This document shows, one piece after another, positions 6,505 to 13,036 of a stretch of 13,363 nt of DNA. Origin of the DNA: Thermoplasmatota archaeon (lineage in GTDB: Archaea > Thermoplasmatota > E2 > DHVEG-1); contig JARVGL010000035.1 of assembly GCA_029762575.1 (NCBI GenBank), positions 1-13,363 of the forward strand. The letters are read 5' to 3'. Both the position numbers and the translations under genes were made by a program. A model generated the notes under the pieces. It saw only the letters and a program-made list of their open reading frames with translations, searched no databases and was not told the origin of the DNA. Within the stretch, counting starts at the first letter, position 1, and every line of letters begins with the position of its first letter.

Positions 6505-8088
6505 ATGAGAAAGAAATCAGTTATCATTATCCTGATAGCCATGTTGACTGTATCAACTCTTTCTTCCCTAAGTGGGCAGAGTCAACAGGATGATCATATG
6601 ACCTTGTATAGGTCAAATTATGAAAGACTTCGTCTTATACAGGATTCTATTGACCAGAGCCAAGCAGCATGGATAGCAGATTATAATACTGTTTTTACAA
6701 AGGAATATGATTATATGCAAGAGTACCTTGGTTGTAACCAGGTAGCCTTTGATCAACCGGACACTGATCCAGGGACAACAACTGCGTCACTGCCAGATGC
6801 TTTTGATTGGAGAGATGTCGAAGGGTTGAATTATATCACCCCGATCAAGAACCAAGCCAGTTGTGGAAGCTGTGTAGCATTTGGCGCTATAGCCGCATTA
6901 GAAGCGGTCGTACAAATAGAGTCAGGTGTAATCTTTGATTGCGATCTCTCTGAATCCCATCTATTCTTCTGTGGTGGTGGAACGTGTGGTGGAGGCTGGT
7001 GGCCAGATGCAGCTGCAGATTTTATACTATCTGTTGGGGTCGTTGATGAACTCTGTTTCCCTTATGAACCTCAAGATCTTGATTGTGCCGAGTTGCAATC
7101 CAATTGGAAAAAAAGGACCATCTCAGTGGAACGTAGTGGTTCAACACAGGAAAACCAGAATATCAAGGATGCCTTGCTCACGTATGGTCCGTTGTTAACG
7201 ACCTTTTATGTCTATGAGGATTTCAGTAGTTATTCCAGTGGTATCTATGAACATGTCTGGGGAAAACTGGTTGGTGGACATGCAGTTGCTATCGTTGGAT
7301 ACAACGATGACCCCGGATATTGGATATGCAAGAACAGTTGGGGTAAAGGTTGGGGAGAATCTGGGTTCTTCAATATAAACTATCGATCATGTAACATAGA
7401 CAGTAAGGTATATTATTTTGATGAGGTACGTGGAAACATTCAGCCAACGAAACCTCAGAATATCACTCCCGCCCATGGACAGCGATCCCTAGAGACCTCA
7501 GTTCTTTTCGAATGGTCTCCATCAATCGATATCGATGGAGGTGCGGTCACCTATACCATCTATCTTAATGAAGGATATCACATAGACTTTGATGCAGAAC
7601 CTCTTATCAGTAATCTTTCAACAAATAAATATTGGATCACCGATCTAAAGAAGAATACCCGTTACATCTGGCAAGTTATCTCTGAGGATGAAGATGGTGC
7701 TCAGCATAGTTCAGGACCACAATCATTCATCACAAAAAAACCGGATGCTCCATATGTAAACGGTCCGACAAAAGCTAAAGTCGATAAACAGCATACCTAT
7801 ACCGCTTCAACTTCTGATGCCTCAGGTGAGGAATACTACTGGTATTTTCAATGGGGTGACCAAGGGACATCTGGATGGTTAGGTCCCTATGACAAAGGCC
7901 AACAGGTTTCTGCAAACCATATCTGGAAGGACACCGGTAATTTCACGATAAAAGTAAAATATACAGAGGATGGGATCGAAAGCGAATGGGGAACGTTACA
8001 AGTAAGTATGCCCTATAAGGATTCATATGAACTCATCAACCATTTCCTCTTAAGGTTACGGAACCGCTTTCTATCTCTAATTTATTGA
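6505..8088 (+). CDS. Secreted papain-family (C1A) cysteine peptidase with C-terminal FN3-like and PKD-like domains.
   Basis: 527-aa ORF.
- Signal-peptide-like N-terminus MRKKSVIIILIAMLTVSTLSSLSG.
- Catalytic motifs NQASCGSCVAF (Cys codon 6871..6873), GGHAVAIVGY (His) and ICKNSWGKGWGESGFF (Asn).
- FN3-like segment PTKPQNITP...VLFEWSPSIDIDGGAVTYTIY.
- PKD-like segment YYWYFQWGDQGTSGW...ANHIWKDTGNFTIKVKYTEDG.ESEW.
- AGGT lies 7 nt upstream of the ATG. Confidence 0.85.
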   Translation: MRKKSVIIILIAMLTVSTLSSLSGQSQQDDHMTLYRSNYERLRLIQDSIDQSQAAWIADYNTVFTKEYDYMQEYLGCNQVAFDQPDTDPGTTTASLPDAFDWRDVEGLNYITPIKNQASCGSCVAFGAIAALEAVVQIESGVIFDCDLSESHLFFCGGGTCGGGWWPDAAADFILSVGVVDELCFPYEPQDLDCAELQSNWKKRTISVERSGSTQENQNIKDALLTYGPLLTTFYVYEDFSSYSSGIYEHVWGKLVGGHAVAIVGYNDDPGYWICKNSWGKGWGESGFFNINYRSCNIDSKVYYFDEVRGNIQPTKPQNITPAHGQRSLETSVLFEWSPSIDIDGGAVTYTIYLNEGYHIDFDAEPLISNLSTNKYWITDLKKNTRYIWQVISEDEDGAQHSSGPQSFITKKPDAPYVNGPTKAKVDKQHTYTASTSDASGEEYYWYFQWGDQGTSGWLGPYDKGQQVSANHIWKDTGNFTIKVKYTEDGIESEWGTLQVSMPYKDSYELINHFLLRLRNRFLSLIY

Positions 8089-8333
8089 TGACTGGTTAGA
8101 TACTACTAAAATGTATCATACATATAGATACCATTTGTATAAATAGAACTAACAAGATCGTTTTATTATTTCTAACAGTAAAGAATCAAATATTGTATAC
8201 ACCGTTTTTTCATCTAAAGGTATCTGAATATTGAAGTAAGAAGAATTCACATAATCACGGATAACATAAAATGCTTGATATATCAACAGAAGAAATAAGT
8301 TAGGTATCAGGACAAAAAAAGGTATATAAACCA

Positions 8334-8939
8334 GTGTATGCTAGCTTGTTTAAAGTGCTGCCTATGAATTCTGTAGAGATTAATAGTGATAAGGATTTTT
8401 GGCCAGGTTTTATTACGCGTCATTGGAAAGCATTCATTGTCTTTGTAGTTGGATGTAGCGCTTCTCTTGCTGGAGCAGTATTAGTGCTTTTTTGGTTTAT
8501 GGAGACTTCCACGATTGGCGCGATGGGTACGGCAACTATTGGAGAATGGTCGGTTGCAATGATCTGGTTTTTCCTCATATATTTGATTTTTTGGGAATTA
8601 GTCATCATTGGTATCCCTGCAGGGATTGGTTTTGGTGTTGGTTGGTATATCTTCTGGAAACAATTATCGGATCAGGATAAAGCGATGTTTAAAGCAAGAG
8701 ATAAAAAGAAACATCGTGGTTCTTCTGCAAGTGGTGGATTCGGTCTCTTTATGTTCATCGCGTTTTCCATTTATTTATATCTTATAGGGAAGATTAACAC
8801 TCCTCTTGGTGATCATTCCTATTCTTTTTGGGTTTATTCCTGGTTCACGGCACTTGGATGGTTATTGATTATTGCAGGTGTTCCTGCAGCGCTCATCTTG
8901 ATTCTAGTCTATTTTACAGTTTGGAGGAAAAAAGAATAG
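8334..8939 (+). CDS. Polytopic membrane protein of unknown function with an internal two-fold repeat.
   Basis: 201-aa ORF with four or more hydrophobic segments. The first half ends ...LVIIGIPAGIGFGVGWYIFWKQ and the second half ends ...LLIIAGVPAALILILVYFTVWRKK. A basic linker, KARDKKKHRGSSASGG, separates them. The track start is GTG 8334. In-frame ATG 8364 (MNSVEINS...) is an alternative. I recognise no family. Confidence 0.5.
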   Translation: MYASLFKVLPMNSVEINSDKDFWPGFITRHWKAFIVFVVGCSASLAGAVLVLFWFMETSTIGAMGTATIGEWSVAMIWFFLIYLIFWELVIIGIPAGIGFGVGWYIFWKQLSDQDKAMFKARDKKKHRGSSASGGFGLFMFIAFSIYLYLIGKINTPLGDHSYSFWVYSWFTALGWLLIIAGVPAALILILVYFTVWRKKE

Positions 8940-9148
8940 AGATCCAATAATCAAGGGATTTAAGCTTGGACCCCTGGGTATTAGAAGCAATTTTCGTGAT
9001 ATCGTGGCTTCTATTTTTTTATATACTTCTCTAATGTTCATTAGCTGTGATATAATAAAATTAATTTCAAACAGGGTTGTCTGATTTACTCTGTATAGAT
9101 TTTCGTTTGTAAAAAGTGTTCTTAAGGAGGTGTTTAATAGTAAATTAG

Positions 9149-9223
9149 TGCTCCCGTCGGGATTCGAACCCGAGTCCCCAGCTCGAAAGGCTGGAATGAT
9201 TGGCCGGACTACACTACGGGAGC
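9149..9223 (-). tRNA. tRNA-Glu (anticodon UUC), archaeal type, no encoded CCA.
   Basis: Minus-strand reading: GCTCCCG TA GTGT AGTCCGGCCAA TCAT T CCAGC CTTTCGA GCTGG GGAC TCGGG TTCGAAT CCCGA CGGGAGC A. It forms a full cloverleaf with a 7-bp acceptor stem, a perfect anticodon stem, anticodon TTC and T-loop TTCGAAT. The D-arm GTGTAGTCCGGCCAATCAT is the typical archaeal tRNA-Glu form. Confidence 0.9.
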
Positions 9224-9244
9224 AAATGAAAATATTTATTTGAG

Positions 9245-9316
9245 CAGCCCTGCCCAGATTCGAACTGGGGTCGCTGGCTCCAAAGGCCGGCGTGTTAACC
9301 GCTACACTACAGGGCT
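9245..9316 (-). tRNA. tRNA-Gln (anticodon UUG), copy A: A1-U72, discriminator G73, perfectly paired D-stem GUGU/ACAC.
   Basis: Minus-strand reading: AGCCCTG TA GTGT AGCGGTTA ACAC G CCGGC CTTTGGA GCCAG CGAC CCCAG TTCGAAT CTGGG CAGGGCT G. The anticodon loop CTTTGGA gives UUG. The anticodon stem has one C28xA42 mismatch. No CCA is encoded. Confidence 0.85.
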
Positions 9317-9402
9317 ATCATCCACTTCTATATAAATGGTGTTGATACACCCGAAACAAGGATATCCTATTTATAATTTACAGATTTCAATCTTTAATAG
9401 AA

Positions 9403-9475
9403 TAGCCCCGTCTAGATTCGAACTAGAGTCACTGGCTCCAAAGGCCGGTATGATTGACCGCTACACCACGGGGCT
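9403..9475 (-). tRNA. tRNA-Gln (anticodon UUG), copy B: A1-U72, discriminator A73, archaeal Glu/Gln-type D-arm.
   Basis: Minus-strand reading: AGCCCCG TG GTGT AGCGGTCAA TCAT A CCGGC CTTTGGA GCCAG TGAC TCTAG TTCGAAT CTAGA CGGGGCT A. Its 17-nt anticodon arm is identical to copy A, including the C28xA42 mismatch. No CCA is encoded. Confidence 0.85.
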
Positions 9476-9498
9476 ATGAAATTCCCCCATAGTTTCTG

Positions 9499-9509
9499 AT
9501 ATTAAAAAT
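9499..9509 (-). promoter_or_regulatory. TATA-box-like element (minus-strand ATTTTTAATAT) centred about 29 nt upstream of the mature 5' end of tRNA-Gln copy B.
   Basis: Read directly. The spacing fits an archaeal TATA box at about -26/-27 with a 2-3 nt leader. It lies in the 50-nt gap between the GlnRS stop and the tRNA. Confidence 0.35.
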
Positions 9510-9525
9510 GTTGGTTTTTTTGCGG

Positions 9526-11211
9526 TCAGTTCTTTCCCTGATCTTGGACTTTTGCCCAGGTGTCTTTGAGATTGACCGTTCGGTTGATCACTAGATCATC
9601 CTTGTTTGTCTCTGGGTCGATGCAGAAATAACCGAGTCGTTCGAACTGGAATCGTTCAAATGGTTTTAACTGTTTTAGCGTTGGTTCCACCTTGCATGAT
9701 TGTAAGATCTCTAATGAAGCAGGGTTGAGGAATTCTTTGAAGTCAGTATCTTTTTGTCCTGTTGGTTCTTTGACCGTGAACAATCTATCATATAATCTTA
9801 TCTCTGCATCTACTGCATTGGATGCTGAGACCCAGTGAATGGTTGATTTCACCTTTCGGCCGTCTGGTGCATATCCTCCTTTTGAGGCTGGGTCGATGGT
9901 TCCATGTAGTTCAACGATCTCATCATTTTCTTCAATTACATCAGTACATGTCAAGAGATATGCATATCGTAATCGAACCTCTCTTCCTAAAGTTAATCTG
10001 AAGAATTTTTTTGGTGGGTCTTTCATAAAATCTGTTTTCTCTATATAGAGTTCTTTTGTGAAATGGATGTTCCGAGTTCCTTCTTCAGGTCTTTCAGGGT
10101 TTATCATTGCCTCTAGTTCTTCTGTTGTCTCTTCTTGGTAATTATCGATGATGACCTTTAGAGGATGTAACACACCCATATATCGTGGGCAGGTTTGGTT
10201 GAGGTGTTCTCGAACGCAGTGTTCAAGGAATTCAAAGTCAACGGTGCTGTTGACCTTTGCTACTCCGATACGGCTGCAGAAGGCTCGTATGGATTCAGGT
10301 GAATAGCCTCTTCGTCTCATCCCACTAATAGTTGGTAATCGAGGGTCGTCCCATCCGTTGACATGGTGTAACTGGACAAGGTTTAGAAGCATGCGTTTGC
10401 TCATGATGGTATAGCTAAGATTTAATCGAGCGAACTCTATCTGTTGAGGATGATATATCTGTAGTTTATCTAAGAACCAGTCGTAGAGTGGTCTATGATT
10501 CTCGAATTCAAGGGTGCAGATGGAATGGGTTATGTTTTCTATGGAATCTTCCAGGCCATGGGCCCAGTCATACATTGGGTATATACACCATGTATCCTTT
10601 GTTCGATGATGGGTTGCATGAAGTACCCTATACATGACTGGGTCTCGCATGTTCAGATTTGGATGGTTCATATCTATCTTTGCACGAAGGACCTTTTCCC
10701 CATCTAAGAATGCTCCTTCCTTCATTTTTTGAAACAACGAGAGGTTCTCATCCACCGATCGATTACGGTATGGGCTGTTTGTTCCTGGTTGGGTTATTGT
10801 TCCCCTGGTCTCACTGATCTCTTTAGCGCTGAGATCATCAACATATGCATACCCTGCCTGTATCAGCTGAATGGCATACTCATACATCTGTTGAAAGTAA
10901 TCTGAGGCAAAGAACAGACGGTCCTCCCAGTCGAATCCAAGCCAACGTACATCTTCAATGATCGAATGAACATATTCATCTTCTTCTTTAGTTGGGTTTG
11001 TATCATCAAATCGAAGATTACAGAGACCACCGTACTCTTTTGCGATCCCAAAGTTTAAACAGATAGATTTTGCATGACCGATGTGTAGATACCCGTTTGG
11101 TTCAGGTGGGAATCGAGTATGGATACGACCCTGATAGGTATTGTTTTTTATGTCTTCATCGATTATCTCTCGTATGAAATCCTTTTTTTCAGTTAGATCA
11201 TCTATTGCCAT
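9526..11211 (-). CDS. glnS: Glutaminyl-tRNA synthetase (GlnRS), bacterial-type length and sequence.
   Basis: 561-aa ORF, colinear with E. coli GlnRS as I recall it. [10 protein letters not shown]...[44 protein letters not shown] matches FIRQIIDEDL...[44 protein letters not shown]. The HIGH motif is present. The MSK motif is IMSKR, against VMSKR in E. coli. Other matching blocks are [64 protein letters not shown] and [13 protein letters not shown]. There is no eukaryote-type N-terminal extension. Confidence 0.95.
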   Translation of the reverse strand: MAIDDLTEKKDFIREIIDEDIKNNTYQGRIHTRFPPEPNGYLHIGHAKSICLNFGIAKEYGGLCNLRFDDTNPTKEEDEYVHSIIEDVRWLGFDWEDRLFFASDYFQQMYEYAIQLIQAGYAYVDDLSAKEISETRGTITQPGTNSPYRNRSVDENLSLFQKMKEGAFLDGEKVLRAKIDMNHPNLNMRDPVMYRVLHATHHRTKDTWCIYPMYDWAHGLEDSIENITHSICTLEFENHRPLYDWFLDKLQIYHPQQIEFARLNLSYTIMSKRMLLNLVQLHHVNGWDDPRLPTISGMRRRGYSPESIRAFCSRIGVAKVNSTVDFEFLEHCVREHLNQTCPRYMGVLHPLKVIIDNYQEETTEELEAMINPERPEEGTRNIHFTKELYIEKTDFMKDPPKKFFRLTLGREVRLRYAYLLTCTDVIEENDEIVELHGTIDPASKGGYAPDGRKVKSTIHWVSASNAVDAEIRLYDRLFTVKEPTGQKDTDFKEFLNPASLEILQSCKVEPTLKQLKPFERFQFERLGYFCIDPETNKDDLVINRTVNLKDTWAKVQDQGKN

Positions 11212-11345
11212 GGGTTCACTCTTTAAAATTCTATAATGAAACTGGTCTTCTTAGTTTTTTTATCCGGGAAGCATGATTGATAGTATGCTATATAACCTTT
11301 AACTTTTTTAACTATAGAGCGCATGTATATGCTGGTTGATTCTTT

Positions 11346-11822
11346 ATGAGTGATAGACAGCTTCTTTCATTGATTAGTCGAAAACTAACGGAGAAGAATT
11401 TGAGGATTGCAACCGCTGAATCATGTAGTGGTGGTCTTATAGCTCATAGCCTTACCAATATATCTGGTAGTTCTTCGTATTTCGACCGAGGCGTGGTCTC
11501 TTATAGTAATCGATCAAAACAGGAGCTGTTAGGTGTCCCTGAGATTCTTTTACAGACATATGGGGCGGTAAGTGAACAAGTTGCTAAAGCTATGGCGGAA
11601 GGGATAAGAGCTCGTGCAGAGGTAGATATCGGTGTTGCATCAACTGGTATCGCTGGTCCGACCGGTGGATCAAAGGAGAAGCCGGTTGGTCTTGTCTATA
11701 TCGGGGTCTCTACTGGTTCTAAAACGATGGTGAATCGTTTCATCTTTCAAGGCACCCGTCTTTCCATTAAGAAACAGACGTGTCGGGCAGGTCTAATGAT
11801 GATTCTAGAAGTATTAGATTAA
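11346..11822 (+). CDS. CinA C-terminal-domain protein / PncC-type nicotinamide-nucleotide amidohydrolase family.
   Basis: 158-aa ORF with family-typical blocks IATAESCSGGLIAHSLTNISGSSSYFDRGVVSYSN..K...LGV, GAVSEQVAKAMAEG, and TGIAGPTGGSKEKPVGLVYIGV. Confidence 0.85.
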   Translation: MSDRQLLSLISRKLTEKNLRIATAESCSGGLIAHSLTNISGSSSYFDRGVVSYSNRSKQELLGVPEILLQTYGAVSEQVAKAMAEGIRARAEVDIGVASTGIAGPTGGSKEKPVGLVYIGVSTGSKTMVNRFIFQGTRLSIKKQTCRAGLMMILEVLD

Positions 11823-11834
11823 AGGGTAGATCGG

Positions 11835-12869
11835 ATGATAACCATTGATGGATCATATGGTGAGGGAGGTGGACAGATCCTTCGAACCGCAGTGTGTCTT
11901 TCAGTTATCACTCAGACACCGGTCAAGATCATTAATATCCGTGCGAATCGTCCGAATCCAGGGATAAAACCACAGCATTATACCGCGCTATTGTTACTGA
12001 AACAGCTGTCCCAAGCAAGAACCGAGGGTCTAGAGATCGGTTCCACAACGCTCTCTTTTTATCCTCAAGATATCAAAAGCGGTCGATATACCGTTGATGT
12101 TGGAACTGCGGGTAGTATCACTCTTATCTGCCAAAGCATTCTTCCCTGTGTTTTACGAATATCAGACCCCCTTGAGGTCATAGTGCGAGGAGGTACGGAT
12201 GTACACTGGTCACCATCATGGGATTATCTCTGTTCTGTGTTCTTATCAGCGTTACAACGATGTGGTGTAGAAGTGGATGCAACGCTCAATCAAAGGGGGT
12301 ACTATCCAAAGGGAGGTGGAGAGGTCTTTCTTAGATTTTCTCCCTGTAAAGGGTTCCAAAACATATGCTTTGATACACCTGCTTCCTATGATCATGTTAA
12401 AGGGATTGTTCATATCGGAAACCTTCCCTCTCATGTAAGTACTCGGATGAAACATCAAGCAGTCAGATCATTACTCACAAATAATCTTCAATCAGATATC
12501 TCTGTTGATATGAGGTCAACGCTTTCTTCTGGTGCTGGTATCACACTTTGGTCTCAGAACAGAAGGGGAGTTATTGGTTGTTGTGAATTAGGCGAAAAAG
12601 GGGTTCCTGCAGAGACCGTTGCAGTAAAAGCTGTTGCTAGGTTGATGGAGGATATCAGTTGTAAGGCGACCGTTGATGAACATCTTTTTGATCAATTGCT
12701 CTTTTATCTTGCTCTTGCGAAAGGTAGATCGATTTGCCTAGTGAGATCGATAAGTAGTCACGCTGAGACCACGATGTGGTTGTTACAACTTTTTTTCCCT
12801 TCGGATCATCTTTTTTCGATTGAAAAGTATGACGAATTCTTTCGAGTGGTTGTTGAGGGGATCGGATGA
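11835..12869 (+). CDS. rtcA: RNA 3'-terminal phosphate cyclase.
   Basis: 344-aa ORF. The N-terminal block IDGSYGEGGGQILRTAVCLSVITQTPVKIINIRANRPNPGIKPQH is the RtcA signature. The block GGTDV.WSPSWDY is also present. The His-containing DEHLFDQLLFYLALA corresponds to the adenylylated-His region. Confidence 0.9.
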   Translation: MITIDGSYGEGGGQILRTAVCLSVITQTPVKIINIRANRPNPGIKPQHYTALLLLKQLSQARTEGLEIGSTTLSFYPQDIKSGRYTVDVGTAGSITLICQSILPCVLRISDPLEVIVRGGTDVHWSPSWDYLCSVFLSALQRCGVEVDATLNQRGYYPKGGGEVFLRFSPCKGFQNICFDTPASYDHVKGIVHIGNLPSHVSTRMKHQAVRSLLTNNLQSDISVDMRSTLSSGAGITLWSQNRRGVIGCCELGEKGVPAETVAVKAVARLMEDISCKATVDEHLFDQLLFYLALAKGRSICLVRSISSHAETTMWLLQLFFPSDHLFSIEKYDEFFRVVVEGIG

Positions 12870-12980
12870 AAAACATACAATATTAACGTTAAATGACGTA
12901 TCATTTATCGACACATATATAAATTATGTGGAAAATACTATATCAAAGGAAGGTTAGAATCATTTAGAGGATCATAATTA

Positions 12981-13023
12981 TCCCTTCTTCCCCCCTCTTC
13001 TTCCTTTGCCTCCTTTTTTTTTT
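12981..13023 (+). repeat. Polypyrimidine tract (43 nt with a single G) ending in T10 (13014..13023). The T-run is a plausible archaeal oligo-T terminator for plus-strand (rtcA) transcription.
   Basis: Read directly: tcccttcttcccccctcttcttcctttgcctcctttttttttt. It lies between the convergent rtcA and PrsW-like genes. Confidence 0.4.
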
Positions 13024-13036
13024 GAGTTAAATACTC

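Noticed and set aside
9329-9336. TATATAAA (minus-strand TTTATATA) as the promoter TATA box for tRNA-Gln copy A.
   Set aside because: Its centre is only about 16 nt from the mature 5' end. The expected transcription start, about 26 nt downstream of the box, would fall inside the tRNA. Copy A is more likely transcribed from further upstream or together with copy B.
9245-9475. The possibility that the two tRNA-Gln-like genes are encoded on the plus strand. There the anticodon-stem mismatch would become a G-U wobble (ctggc/gccgg).
   Set aside because: On the plus strand the T-loop would read ATTCGAA and there is no GG-containing D-loop. On the minus strand the canonical TTCGAAT T-loop, the AGCGG D-loop, U33 and a 7-nt anticodon loop all fall into place. 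The minus strand is therefore correct, and the C28xA42 mismatch is reported as an observation.
9526-11211. Whether the synthetase is an archaeal or eukaryote-type GluRS rather than GlnRS. The two families share the catalytic core and the beta-barrel anticodon-binding domains.
   Set aside because: Long blocks are near-identical to E. coli GlnRS as I recall it, including [53 protein letters not shown] and RTV.L.DTWAKV. Archaeal GluRS sequences are much more divergent in these blocks. A phylogeny is still listed as the decisive check.
1048-12876. Sixteen short ORFs (62-130 aa) in the track that lie antisense or out of frame inside larger genes: 1048..1242, 1335..1529, 2227..2490, 3108..3344, 4158..4397, 4476..4868, 5188..5394, 5668..5904, 6935..7198, 8420..8608, 8492..8680, 9839..10048, 10495..10707, 10863..11051, 12252..12458 and 12655..12876.
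   Set aside because: Each is fully or largely embedded in a longer ORF that has clear family-level motifs. Their translations are low-complexity or Cys/Ser/Ile-rich with no recognisable motifs, which is the typical shadow-ORF pattern in AT-rich DNA.
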